Assembly (NCBI GenBank): GCA_964624235.1
Contig: CAZUXY010000002.1
Span: 35,668-99,667 of the forward strand
Length of the DNA: 64,000 bases
Source: an uncultured Leptospirales bacterium
Lineage (GTDB): Bacteria; Spirochaetota; UBA4802; UBA5368
Direction: 5' to 3'
Positions within the stretch are counted from its first letter, which is position 1, and each line of letters starts with the position of its first letter. The notes beneath the pieces are model-generated. The model searched no databases and had not been told where the DNA came from. It saw nothing but the letters and a program-made list of their open reading frames with translations. A program made the position numbers and the translations under genes. Of the stretch, positions 30,737-40,185 are shown piece by piece.

Positions 30737-31762
30737 ATGACCGAGATACTGTCACAGGACGAAATTGATGCCCTATTGACCGCGATCTCCACCGGAGAGG
30801 TGGATACCACCGATTACAGCGCGGCGAAGGAGCAGCGGAAGGTCAAGATTTATGATTTCCGCCGTCCCGACAAGTTTTCCAAGGACCAGATCAGGACCCT
30901 GCAGATGATGCACGAGACCTTCGCCCGTCTCACCACAACGGCCCTCTCCGCACAACTCCGGGCCCTGGTGAGCGTGCACGTGGCTTCGGTGGACCAGCTG
31001 ACCTACGAAGAGTTCATCAGGTCCATTCCCAATCCTACCACACTGGCCGTCATCAACATGGATCCCCTGAAAGGTTCGGCGGTGCTGGAGATAGATCCGT
31101 CCATTACCTTTACGATTATAGATAAACTCTTCGGCGGATTGGGTGAATCGGCGAAGATCAGCCGGGAGCTCACCGACATCGAACTCTCTGTAATGGAAGG
31201 CATTATCGTAAGAATACTGGGTAACCTGCGCGAGGCATGGTCGAATGTCATAGATCTGCGACCGCGCCTTGGGAACATCGAGACCAATCCGCAGTTCGCC
31301 CAGATCGTTCCTCCTAACGACATGGTGGTTCTTATCACCCTTGAAACCAAGGTGGGCGAGGTCGAGGGCATGACCAACCTCTGTATCCCCTATATCACCA
31401 TTGAGCCCGTGATCTCAAAGCTTTCGGCGCAGTACTGGTATTCCAGTATCAGGAAAGGGGCAACCGATGAGAATATGGTGATCATCCAGAACCGCCTTGA
31501 AAACGTTGAACTGCCCATCGTCGCGGAAATCGGCGAGGTGGAGATCACCATGCAGGAAATCCTTGATCTTACCGTGGGCGACGTGGTAAAGCTCCCCTAC
31601 ACCAGTGTTAATTCGGATATGGTGCTGCGCATAGGGGGCAGAAAGAAATACAAATGCCGCCCCGGACTCCTGGGTAGCAGGGTAGCCATCCAGATCGGCG
31701 AAAAGATCGAAGACATACCGGATGAACTTCTGATCAGCAAGCGCAGCGAAGAGGATATTTAA
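30737..31762 (+). CDS. fliM: Flagellar motor switch protein FliM
   Basis: LSQDEIDALL CheY-binding motif, YDFRRPDKFSKDQIRTL, ETNPQFAQIV. Confidence 0.98.
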   Translation: MTEILSQDEIDALLTAISTGEVDTTDYSAAKEQRKVKIYDFRRPDKFSKDQIRTLQMMHETFARLTTTALSAQLRALVSVHVASVDQLTYEEFIRSIPNPTTLAVINMDPLKGSAVLEIDPSITFTIIDKLFGGLGESAKISRELTDIELSVMEGIIVRILGNLREAWSNVIDLRPRLGNIETNPQFAQIVPPNDMVVLITLETKVGEVEGMTNLCIPYITIEPVISKLSAQYWYSSIRKGATDENMVIIQNRLENVELPIVAEIGEVEITMQEILDLTVGDVVKLPYTSVNSDMVLRIGGRKKYKCRPGLLGSRVAIQIGEKIEDIPDELLISKRSEEDI

Positions 31763-32281
31763 TGTCCCACACCCGCACCGGATTGTAACGCCCGGGCCTT
31801 CCTTCATGACGCGGTTGTAACAGATTATCGACACAGTAATCCCCTGCGGGAATGAGAAACTCCAGACGGGTATACCTCATGTGTTATTATGTAAGAAAAG
31901 GGTTGAGTGGATATATAAACCGTTATAAATTACGATACCCTCTTCGGATTCGCAAGCTCACATTACCGTAGAATGCGATAATATCTGGACGTTTGCCCCC
32001 TCCTGCACCATGAACACATTCATTGATTGTACCGCGGTTCAATGTCTTCGTGACTGTTTCAGCGGCGGATCATATTGAACAGAGTTGTCATGAAGACGGG
32101 ACATTCGTATCAACAGGGCTGACATTTCACGAGATGAAAACCTCAGGGAATATCCTCACAGGTATATCCTGCGGGAGTGAGGGGGCCCTCCGTTCCACTA
32201 TACCATGACAGGAAAGGGCCGGGTTTTGATACAAAAGCGACGTGATTATCGGCGTTATTTGAAGCGGGGGATTGGATCTTG

Positions 32282-33295
32282 TTACTGCACGATCTTATTA
32301 AGATAGGGTGACGGGTCTACGAATTCCGTACCGATTTTAATCTGATAGAAACACACAGGTCGCGTGGCCTTTCCGGTCTTCCCCACATAGGCTATAACCT
32401 CGCCTTTGGTAATCTTCTGGTCAAGAGTGACGGAAACCCTCTGGCAGTGAGAGTAGACGGTAATGAAACCGTATTTATGGGCCACCGAGACGGAAAGACC
32501 GTATACAGGATCCCACCAGATATTCTCAACTTTTCCGGGCGCGGTGGATTTAATTTCAGCACCGGGAAACGCGGCGATATCGATGCCCGGATGGTACTCC
32601 TTCTTGAATGTGTACGGCGAGGTTTTTTCCCCAAACCGGGATATTATGTATCCGTCCACCGGCCACAGGGACGGGGTGTTCTCAATGATCTTTTTTCTCT
32701 CGGCAAGAAATACCTTTATTTTTTCAAGGAGTTCCTTGGTGGTTTTGAGTTCGCGTTCCATCTCCTCAATGTTAAGTACTTCGATTGGGGGTGATTCCAC
32801 GTTTTCGTTTTCCGACTGAGGGTTGGGATTCGGCACCCCTCCTTTTGCCCAGAGTGAGTCAACGTCGTTGCCTGGGATCAGGGAATAAAGGTAAGTTATC
32901 TCGGGTTTGAACTTCTGAAAGATATCATAAAGACGGTTGATCTCTTCTTTGTATTTCGCTATCTGGATTTTGGTGTTGGAACCGAACATCTTGAGCTTTG
33001 ATATCTCTTTGATGGTGGAAGTATGGTTTACAATAAAAATCGATGTGATGACAACAGTGATAACCAGAGTACCCACGATAAGCGCGATGGCGAATAGTGA
33101 AACATGAAAATTGACGATTTTCTTCTCTGAGTGGGGAATGAACATAATGGTGATACGCTCTTTCCCCTTTTTTCTGAAGATCTCCCAGCGGCTTTTCAGG
33201 CTGGAATAATAACCACCGAAACTATCCCTGAAAAAATCAAGAATATTCTCTTGCAGGTCATTAAGGTTTGAATCTTTGAACGGATTTAACGCCAT
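32282..33295 (-). CDS. M23/LytM-domain membrane protein, probably catalytically degenerate
   Basis: TM and coiled coil, then PSLWPV, HPGIDI, YSHCQ; the second zinc motif (normally GPHLH) reads RPVCFY. Confidence 0.85.
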   Translation of the reverse strand: MALNPFKDSNLNDLQENILDFFRDSFGGYYSSLKSRWEIFRKKGKERITIMFIPHSEKKIVNFHVSLFAIALIVGTLVITVVITSIFIVNHTSTIKEISKLKMFGSNTKIQIAKYKEEINRLYDIFQKFKPEITYLYSLIPGNDVDSLWAKGGVPNPNPQSENENVESPPIEVLNIEEMERELKTTKELLEKIKVFLAERKKIIENTPSLWPVDGYIISRFGEKTSPYTFKKEYHPGIDIAAFPGAEIKSTAPGKVENIWWDPVYGLSVSVAHKYGFITVYSHCQRVSVTLDQKITKGEVIAYVGKTGKATRPVCFYQIKIGTEFVDPSPYLNKIVQ

Positions 33296-33834
33296 GTAAC
33301 CTCTAAATTATAAATCAAGTTAATAAAACGCAGCCGGAATGCAGAAAACACTTTTTTATCCCCGTCTTTTTGGACATACTCTCTTTATATCCGGTACCTG
33401 GGATGCAATATGCGACATAAGTGGTTATCTTTTAATAGACAAAAAACCAACTTACTATAGTTATCGGAAAAACAATGTCAAGTGTATTAATAAAATTATT
33501 TAATCCGGTATGCATCGAAATTACATGCGTCTATTGGATTTGCTGTTTTTCTTTTTATCAGTATTATGATGTCTCTGGAGGAATTTCCGGTTCAGTATAT
33601 TCACATCCGGATATCACATTCCGTCCAACCGGTATCTTATTATTCGCGGGTATAAGTATATCACACATTATGAAAAGTGTATTTGGCGGTTAAGTTCAGG
33701 CAGGCGATATTCCTGATGATGGAAAATTTCGTATGGGGCGTTCGCGCTGTAGAATTGTTTTCAGGATCAGATGTGTCTTTGTTATTCAGCATGGAAGAAG
33801 CATAATCAATTAAATTAAAATTTTTTAAAAAATG

Positions 33835-33862
33835 CTAAGGGTAAATTCTCATATGCCGACAT
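33835..33862 (+). promoter_or_regulatory. Sigma-28 (FliA) promoter, distal, for flaB
   Basis: CTAAG-N15-GCCGACAT in the AT-rich region upstream of a flagellin gene. Confidence 0.75.
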
Positions 33863-33974
33863 AAAGATTAAGGGGAATTATATGAAAAAATTGAGTACCA
33901 GGTAAATTTAGTATATAATCAGCTATATTTTGTAATATATACTGATATTAGCCTATAAACAGCCATAATCGACT

Positions 33975-34002
33975 TAAATATAGCAGTGGTTGATTCCGAC
34001 GA
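33975..34002 (+). promoter_or_regulatory. Possible second (proximal) sigma-28 promoter for flaB
   Basis: TAAA-N16-TCCGACGA about 80 nt upstream of the ATG. Confidence 0.5.
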
Positions 34003-34032
34003 TGTAATCGTAAGGTGGTATCCACCTTCAAG

Positions 34033-34078
34033 GCCGGCAAGGAGGCTGGTCATACTTCAAGGATTCACGGAGGAATCT
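34033..34078 (+). promoter_or_regulatory. Paired CsrA-type GGA hairpins in the leader of the first flaB
   Basis: GCCGGC-AAGGAG-GCTGGT (34033-34050, two G-U pairs) and GATTC-ACGGAG-GAATC (34062-34077), the second containing the SD. Confidence 0.7.
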
Positions 34079-34079
34079 G

Positions 34080-34925
34080 ATGATTATTAATCACAATCTT
34101 ACTGCTATTAATTCTCACAAGGTCTTAAAGTTCCAGCACTGGAAAGTAGACAAAAACATGGAAGCCCTTTCATCGGGGATGCGGATAAACCGTTCCGGTG
34201 ATGATGCTTCCGGTCTCGCGGTTTCAGAAAAGATGAGGACCCAGATAATGGGGCTTCGTCAGGCTGAAAGAAACACCGAAGACGGCATGTCACTTATCCA
34301 GACCACTGAAGGGTATCTCCAGCAGGTAACAGAAATCATTCAGCGTATGAGGGTACTGGCGATCCAGTCTTCCAACGGCATTTATACGCCGGAAGACCGG
34401 CAGCTGATACAGGTGGAGGTATCTCAGCTGGTGGACGAGGTGGACCGAATCGCTTCTCAGGCGGAGTTCAACAAGATGAACCTGCTCCAGGGTGATTTCG
34501 CCCGTCTCAGCCGCACAATGTCGATGTGGCTCCATATGGGGCCCAACATGCACCAGCGGGAAAGGATTTTTATCCAGACCATGACCGCACGTGCACTGCT
34601 GCTGAAAGATGTACTGGGGGAGCCCATCAGTCTTTCGACTCCTGAAATGGCCAACCGCAGTATCGGTGTGTTCGATCAGGCGATTCAGCAGATCGCGAAA
34701 CAGAGAGCTGACCTCGGTGCGTATTACAACCGTCTTGAGCACGCCGCCAAGGGACTCATGAACGCCTATGAAAACACCCAGGCTTCAGAGAGCCGCATCA
34801 GAGACGCCGATATGGCTGAGGTTACGGTGGATTACACCAAGAACCAGATACTGGTGCAGAGCGGCACCGCCATGCTGGCCCATGCAAACGTCAGGCCGCA
34901 GGGTGTACTGCAATTGCTGAGATAA
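34080..34925 (+). CDS. flaB: Periplasmic flagellar filament core protein FlaB
   Basis: [60 protein letters not shown]; short 281-aa spirochaete type. Confidence 0.97.
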   Translation: MIINHNLTAINSHKVLKFQHWKVDKNMEALSSGMRINRSGDDASGLAVSEKMRTQIMGLRQAERNTEDGMSLIQTTEGYLQQVTEIIQRMRVLAIQSSNGIYTPEDRQLIQVEVSQLVDEVDRIASQAEFNKMNLLQGDFARLSRTMSMWLHMGPNMHQRERIFIQTMTARALLLKDVLGEPISLSTPEMANRSIGVFDQAIQQIAKQRADLGAYYNRLEHAAKGLMNAYENTQASESRIRDADMAEVTVDYTKNQILVQSGTAMLAHANVRPQGVLQLLR

Positions 34926-34940
34926 AAACAGCGGTATAAA

Positions 34941-34970
34941 GCTTTCCGCCGGCGGTGGCCGGCGGAAAGC
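34941..34970. other. Perfect 13-bp GC-rich hairpin between the flaB genes (mRNA stabiliser or partial terminator)
   Basis: GCTTTCCGCCGGC-GGTG-GCCGGCGGAAAGC with no clear U tract. Confidence 0.6.
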
Positions 34971-35095
34971 ATATGATCTTTGAAAACTCCGGCAAAATTA
35001 GGCTTTGCTGCAAGCATCTCTTCCTGTTTCAGGACCTGATGGTTGCAGTAAATATAACGGTATTCCCTGAGTATTTAAGGCAACCTGGCTGTAAG

Positions 35096-35134
35096 CCTGA
35101 TAGGGAGATCAGGTTAAATAAAACAAAGGAGTGT
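35096..35134 (+). promoter_or_regulatory. CsrA-type GGA hairpins in the leader of the second flaB
   Basis: CCTGAT-AGGGAG-ATCAGG (35096-35113) and ACA-AAGGAG-TGT over the SD (35123-35134). Confidence 0.65.
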
Positions 35135-35139
35135 GCCGT

Positions 35140-35991
35140 ATGATTATCAATCACAACATGAGCGCCATCAATGCGAATAAGGTGTTGAAGTTCAAGCATT
35201 GGGACGTTAACAGTTCAATGGAGAAACTGGCATCCGGTATGCGCATCAACAAATCAGGCGATGACGCGTCCGGTCTGGCGGTTTCCGAAAAGATGAGGAC
35301 CCAGATAATGGGGCTCAGGCAGGCCGAAAGGAACACCGAAGACGGTATGTCATTTGTACAGACCGCCGAGGGGTATCTGGACCAGACGGCCTCCATACTC
35401 CAGAGGATCAGGGTTCTCGCGGTGCAGTCATCCAACGGTATTTATACCCAGGACGACAGGCAGCTGATCCAGGTAGAGGTTTCTGCCCTTATCGACGAGG
35501 TCGACCGAATAGCCTCACAGGCGGAGTTTAACAAGTTTAAGCTGCTGCTTGGAGAATTTTCCAGGACCAATCCAAAGGCAAGTATGTGGTTCCATATGGG
35601 GGCCAACATGCACCAGAGGGAAAGGGTGTACATCGGCACTATGACGTCGCAGGGTCTCAACCTTCGGGAAAAGACCGGCAAGTTCCTGGCGAACCTCAGT
35701 ACCGCCGACAACTCAAACAGGACCATAGGCATAGTCGATGATGCGCTTCAGAAAATAGCCAAGCAGAGAGCCGACCTGGGCGCTTATTACAACAGAATGG
35801 AGTATGCGTCCAAGGGCTTAATGACGGCCTATGAGAACATCCAGGCCTCGGAAAGCCGCATCAGAGACGCCGATATGGCTGAGACCATGGTAAGCTTCAC
35901 CAAGGACCAGATTCTTGTTCAAACTGGTACTGCGATGCTGGCTCAGGCGAACATGAAAGCACGTACGGTCCTTCAGCTTCTTGGGGGCTGA
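35140..35991 (+). CDS. flaB: Periplasmic flagellar filament core protein FlaB (second paralog)
   Basis: [10 protein letters not shown]...[22 protein letters not shown]; start is ATG 35140 after AAGGAG. Confidence 0.97.
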   Translation: MIINHNMSAINANKVLKFKHWDVNSSMEKLASGMRINKSGDDASGLAVSEKMRTQIMGLRQAERNTEDGMSFVQTAEGYLDQTASILQRIRVLAVQSSNGIYTQDDRQLIQVEVSALIDEVDRIASQAEFNKFKLLLGEFSRTNPKASMWFHMGANMHQRERVYIGTMTSQGLNLREKTGKFLANLSTADNSNRTIGIVDDALQKIAKQRADLGAYYNRMEYASKGLMTAYENIQASESRIRDADMAETMVSFTKDQILVQTGTAMLAQANMKARTVLQLLGG

Positions 35992-36034
35992 GATACAAAT
36001 TACCCTTTGAAAGAAAGGGAATACCTTGCAACTG

Positions 36035-36061
36035 AAAACCCGCCCGAAAGGGCGGGTTTTT
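36035..36061 (+). terminator. Intrinsic, probably bidirectional terminator after the flaB pair
   Basis: AAAACCCGCCC-GAAA-GGGCGGGTTTTT. Confidence 0.9.
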
Positions 36062-36102
36062 GTTTTATGCGGTAATGATAATCTAAGAATGTAGTTCCAC
36101 AC

Positions 36103-36128
36103 CAGGCGCCGATCATGATCGTCGCCTG
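36103..36128. repeat. Palindromic element copy 1
   Basis: CAGGCGCCGATCATGATCGTCGCCTG (one mismatch), just past the stop of the first OMP paralog. Confidence 0.8.
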
Positions 36129-36133
36129 AAAAA

Positions 36134-36736
36134 TCAATAATTCGACATGGCGGCGCGGTAGCCGACGCCCAGGTAAAGGACGATCTCGTAGTTGTATTTC
36201 AGATCGTTGTCGTCGGCGAACTGCTGTCTGGTGAGGTTGTACCCGAAGCGGCCTTCAAGGTTCAGGAACACGGCTTCGGCAACCGGCAGGTAATACCCCA
36301 GTATACCGTCGACCCAGAGGTCTATCTTCTTTTCAGGTTCATCAGAGCCGCCTGAAGGTATGTCAACGGCGATGAGGTATTTACCCGACAATCCGACCCC
36401 CACATAAAGACCTCCCATGGCGGCCAGTTTGGCGGAAATACGTGGCGTCAGGAACGAATAGATGACATCGGTCTTACTGTCGAAGTATACGCGTGAATAC
36501 TCGAGTCCGAATCCCAGCCAGAAGTTGTTGAAGTTAAGGTTGTATTCCCCCTGTAGCGCAAAACCGGAAAAATCCACCGGATCATTCACCTCCGTGTCAA
36601 GTTCGTAGGTATACAGTGGAATATATCCAGCTTTCAGAAAAACTATGTCGGTAGTCAGGGTCTGGGCATGCGTGTTGCCGGTATACGAAATAATCAAGGC
36701 GCACACGGCACAGAATATCAGCAATCGTGATTTCAT
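36134..36736 (-). CDS. Small outer-membrane beta-barrel protein, paralog A
   Basis: Signal peptide ending THA-Q; amphipathic strands (FALQGEYN, WLGFGLEY, YVGVGLSGKY, LYLGVGY); RBS AGGAGG. Confidence 0.8.
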   Translation of the reverse strand: MKSRLLIFCAVCALIISYTGNTHAQTLTTDIVFLKAGYIPLYTYELDTEVNDPVDFSGFALQGEYNLNFNNFWLGFGLEYSRVYFDSKTDVIYSFLTPRISAKLAAMGGLYVGVGLSGKYLIAVDIPSGGSDEPEKKIDLWVDGILGYYLPVAEAVFLNLEGRFGYNLTRQQFADDNDLKYNYEIVLYLGVGYRAAMSNY

Positions 36737-36931
36737 GGCTTCCTCCTGAATTTGGCGGTACGATGTCTTTTTCAGTCACAATGGTTATAATGATAAATAC
36801 TAACCCTGACAGGAAAAAATGCAATCGTTTTATGGCGTAGCGTACGATCGCTGAGCCGTATGATGTTACCAAAAGCTTTCGGTAAAGCAAGGTGAATTGC
36901 AGAATGGGCGGGCGTTTGAAATTTACCGTAT

Positions 36932-36978
36932 CACCAGGCGCCGATCACACAGGCGCCGATCATGATCGGCGCCTGGTG
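36932..36978. repeat. Palindromic element copy 2 with a duplicated left arm
   Basis: CACCAGGCGCCGATCA-CA-CAGGCGCCGATCATGATCGGCGCCTGGTG, just past the stop of the second OMP paralog. Confidence 0.8.
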
Positions 36979-36987
36979 GCAAAAAAA

Positions 36988-37629
36988 TCAATAATTCGAC
37001 ATTGCGGCGCGATAACCTATGCCTACATAAAAAGCGATGTCGTATGCGGATTTTGTCGCGATTTTCCCTGATGTCGCACCATTGTCATCATATTTTTCAA
37101 ACTGATTGTTGGTAAGGTTGTAGCCGAACCTGCCCTCGATATCAAGAAAGACCGCTTCCGCGATAGGCATGTAATAGCCCAGGTAGGCATTCGCCCAGAG
37201 ATCGAATTTTTTATCCCATTCGATATCGTCCCATTTTTCCGTGCTTATCAGATATTTCCCGGAAAGACCCGCACCCACATAGAGGCCTCCCATCGCCGCG
37301 AATTTGAAAGAAACCATCGGCTGAATGAACTGATTGACATGGCTTTTGTAGTTGTAAGAGTCGCTCTTGTAATCTGCATTAATATACTGGTACTCGAGCC
37401 CGAAACCGATCCAGAAATTATTGAAATTTAAATTATACTCTCCCTGGATAGCGAACCCCGATCCTTCAAGTTTATCATCATCGTCATTGTCAAAACTGGT
37501 GGTAGAAACTGGTATGTACCCTACCTTAAGAAAAACGATATCGGTCGTAAGGGTCTGGGCCTGAACTCCGAACGAAAAAGCAAAGACCATCGCGATCGCA
37601 GCCAGCACGACAGGAAACCTGGATTTCAT
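36988..37629 (-). CDS. Small outer-membrane beta-barrel protein, paralog B
   Basis: MKSR start after GAGGAGG (start moved to 37629); shares QTLTTDIVFLK.GYIP and GYRAAMSNY with paralog A. Confidence 0.82.
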   Translation of the reverse strand: MKSRFPVVLAAIAMVFAFSFGVQAQTLTTDIVFLKVGYIPVSTTSFDNDDDDKLEGSGFAIQGEYNLNFNNFWIGFGLEYQYINADYKSDSYNYKSHVNQFIQPMVSFKFAAMGGLYVGAGLSGKYLISTEKWDDIEWDKKFDLWANAYLGYYMPIAEAVFLDIEGRFGYNLTNNQFEKYDDNGATSGKIATKSAYDIAFYVGIGYRAAMSNY

Positions 37630-37839
37630 AAAAAACCTCCTCAAAAATTGTTGTTTGCTGATGTATTTTTATATGGGACCGTAAACTCCGATGAATATAT
37701 ACAAAATCTCCGGTATCGGCAAGTTATTTTTCAGGTATTTTCCACTGTTCCATGTTTTGAGGATCAAATGCTTTATAAATGAATAGTCAGAATACTGTTA
37801 ATGAGTGTGTTCTATTGCCTTGATGTGAGCGGGCGAAGA

Positions 37840-38139
37840 TCAGGCAAGGGCGTCAAAAAACATACCGGTCTGATATGACGGGTACCTGAGAGGAGTCACT
37901 TTGCCCTGGGAAGAGTATTCCCTGTATGAGGATGCGCTGAGTGATTCGATCAGTTTGTGATGATCTTCGACAGTGGGCTTGATATACGCTATGCTGCTTT
38001 CGGGGCGCCTGTCGACGCCGGTGACTCTGCTCACTTTGCCTGCATCATAGACGGGCCAGGTGTACAGCTTTTCAGATGCAACGCGGTTCCTATGCGGGGC
38101 AAAGGTATATATTTCAGCCATGCCGTTGGAGATCTTCAT
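37840..38139 (-). CDS. Small hypothetical protein under a sigma-28 promoter
   Basis: 99-aa ORF filling the intergenic space, co-oriented with neighbours; near-consensus sigma-28 promoter directly upstream; C-terminus YSSQGK...GMFFDALA. Confidence 0.7.
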   Translation of the reverse strand: MKISNGMAEIYTFAPHRNRVASEKLYTWPVYDAGKVSRVTGVDRRPESSIAYIKPTVEDHHKLIESLSASSYREYSSQGKVTPLRYPSYQTGMFFDALA

Positions 38140-38146
38140 GGTATAC

Positions 38147-38174
38147 TTATCGGCATATCAGGGGGAAAACTTGA
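38147..38174 (-). promoter_or_regulatory. Sigma-28 promoter
   Basis: Minus strand TCAAG-N15-GCCGATAA, with the same spacer length and spacer-terminal ATAT as the distal flaB promoter. Confidence 0.85.
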
Positions 38175-38223
38175 ATGTCGGCATTTCTTGGAAAAGGTAC
38201 ACAACGGAGGTATGCGGTTTGTA

Positions 38224-40185
38224 CTATTTCACCAGCGCGCGGTTCAGCATGTCGTAATCCCCCTTCGCGTTCCAGAAAGTATATCCGCTGTTATTGCTGT
38301 CGACCGCGCCGCGTATCTGGGCTTTAATATATCCGGGGCCCCAGGTGGGTGAGAGCATTTTAAAAGCCTGCAGGTAAGGACGTATCACGACGGTGTTACC
38401 CGTCAGCAGCAGGGACCTTATCCCGCTTTCGTATACGATTTGATAGGGATGTTCATCGCCGGCATGGTTGCGGTAAAACCGGCTTCCGAAGTGAGAAGGA
38501 TACACCATGGGGCATATCGCGTCGACGATACGGGAAAACTCCTCGATATCCTGTCCTATGGAATTGCCGAAACGGTACCACGCGTTGAATCCGTAAATGT
38601 CCACCGAAACCGGTATGCGCAGGGCCCGCTTCGCCCTTCTGAGGAAGTCCGCCAGTACTTCGGACTTGTAGGTCCCGCTGTTTACTCTGTACCGGTAGAG
38701 ACACTGGTGCACCGGGCCGTCGGAGGGGAAACGTATATAATCAAACTGGATTTCGTCGAAACCAAGTTGCTCCAGTTCGCGGCAGAGGGCGATATTGTAT
38801 TCCTGAACGAACACTGAATGGGGGTCAACCCAGTATTCATTCGTGTTCCCCGACCAGGGTGTATTGGTGCGCCCGTTCCATATGGCGTATTTATGACCGT
38901 AACCTTTATAGAGCCTGAGGTCCTTGAATACCACCACCCGGGCAACTGAGTGGATATTTTCCTTTTTCAAACGGGTAAGTATGGAACGGATATCCAGCGG
39001 GTTCCTCAAGGCCTTCGTTTCCACAGCGGTGGGATTTCTGGCGGGGAAGCACACGTTCCCGAAATCATCTTTCATATCGATGGTCAGAGCGTTCAACCCG
39101 TTCCTTTTGATATACCCGATAAGACGTTCCAGATTTTTGCGGACAACGGGGACGCCGGCGTAGATTCCTTTTTTGTCACGGGTTGCCGCAACTGACGATT
39201 TGCCGGCAAGGCTTATCGGGTTACTGAGATACACCAGCAGCGGCGGATGTGCTCTGCCTGTGTCGATGATGAGCATTGATTGAGGTGGGTCCCCTGACCG
39301 GATAGTGTTACGGACAGGCTCGACGTTGATTGCATACCATCTTCGTTCCTTTAAATTAAACTTCAATACGCTCGTACCGGCTGAAACATAGAGAGATCCC
39401 TCGTGTACGACCAGATGATGAATTCCCGAATGTCTGTTCCCGGTCTCAGGGAGTATAATGCGGCTCCAGTTCCTGCCTGAATCACGGGTTTCGTAAAGAC
39501 CGCCGCCGAAATTGAATCCTGCGTACCATGTGCCCCGTTTCCCCGGATCTGCCGCAAGGGCGGAGATTTCTTCGTAGAAGTATCTGCTTTCGGTGTAAGG
39601 TTCACGGTGGAACCCGTTCGAACGGTTGACCACGCCTCCTTTGTGGAGTACATACACTCCGTTGAAAGAAGTTCCCGCGAGGATTTCATCCTTACCCTTT
39701 GAGAAGGCCAGCGAAGTAATATACTGACGGCTGCCGGGCGGAGGGGGTATCTCGTGCCAGCTGATGCCGCCGTTACTAGACATGTAAATTGAATGTTTGG
39801 TCGCGGCCGCAATATTATCAGGATTCAACGGGTCCACCGCGAATGCGGAAATTTTCCGGAATGAACCCGCGGGCGCCGTCGTAGAGCGGGTCAAGAAACT
39901 CCTGTCGCTGATGCCGATCCATTCGGTTCTGTCGGGGGCGCATTTGAAAATGCCTGAATCCAGGGTCGATAAATAGAAGGTCCCCCGGGAATCGCAGTAT
40001 ATGCCCAGGGGGATCATCCTGCCGGGGAGTCCTTTGCTGAAGCTCCTCCATCCGTTACCGGCGTTTTCCGACAACAGCACTCCCCGGCCGGCTGTGGACA
40101 TGATTACCGTGGTCCCGGCATACAAATACGGTAAAGTTAAGAAGATCGACAGGCCGGTGCAAAAGAACCGGCTAAAACTTTTCAT
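38224..40185 (-). CDS. Putative glycoside hydrolase (DUF4015-like TIM barrel) with N-terminal beta-propeller
   Basis: BNR/Asp-box-like SSNGGISW and TRDSGRNW; IDMKDDFG, ARVVVFKD, WVDP, FDEIQFDYIRFP, PMVYPSHF, RPYLQAF. Start set at MKSFSR. Confidence 0.85.
   Translation of the reverse strand: MKSFSRFFCTGLSIFLTLPYLYAGTTVIMSTAGRGVLLSENAGNGWRSFSKGLPGRMIPLGIYCDSRGTFYLSTLDSGIFKCAPDRTEWIGISDRSFLTRSTTAPAGSFRKISAFAVDPLNPDNIAAATKHSIYMSSNGGISWHEIPPPPGSRQYITSLAFSKGKDEILAGTSFNGVYVLHKGGVVNRSNGFHREPYTESRYFYEEISALAADPGKRGTWYAGFNFGGGLYETRDSGRNWSRIILPETGNRHSGIHHLVVHEGSLYVSAGTSVLKFNLKERRWYAINVEPVRNTIRSGDPPQSMLIIDTGRAHPPLLVYLSNPISLAGKSSVAATRDKKGIYAGVPVVRKNLERLIGYIKRNGLNALTIDMKDDFGNVCFPARNPTAVETKALRNPLDIRSILTRLKKENIHSVARVVVFKDLRLYKGYGHKYAIWNGRTNTPWSGNTNEYWVDPHSVFVQEYNIALCRELEQLGFDEIQFDYIRFPSDGPVHQCLYRYRVNSGTYKSEVLADFLRRAKRALRIPVSVDIYGFNAWYRFGNSIGQDIEEFSRIVDAICPMVYPSHFGSRFYRNHAGDEHPYQIVYESGIRSLLLTGNTVVIRPYLQAFKMLSPTWGPGYIKAQIRGAVDSNNSGYTFWNAKGDYDMLNRALVK

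Noticed and set aside
32246-32253. Perfect sigma-28 -10 (GCCGATAA) on the minus strand pointing into the fliM/M23 gap
   Set aside because: No matching -35 at 15-16 nt and no convincing ORF downstream.
31763-32281. 520-nt gap as a possible riboswitch, sRNA or small gene (ORF 32023-32208)
   Set aside because: No recognisable RNA motif, RBS or protein signature; an Rfam scan would be needed.
33475-33693. 72-aa ORF in the AT-rich region
   Set aside because: GC and codon use are unlike real genes here, with no RBS or motif.
35076-35103. Separate sigma-28 promoter for the second flaB (TAAG-N15-GCCTGATA)
   Set aside because: The -10 match is poor and overlaps a hairpin better explained as a CsrA site.
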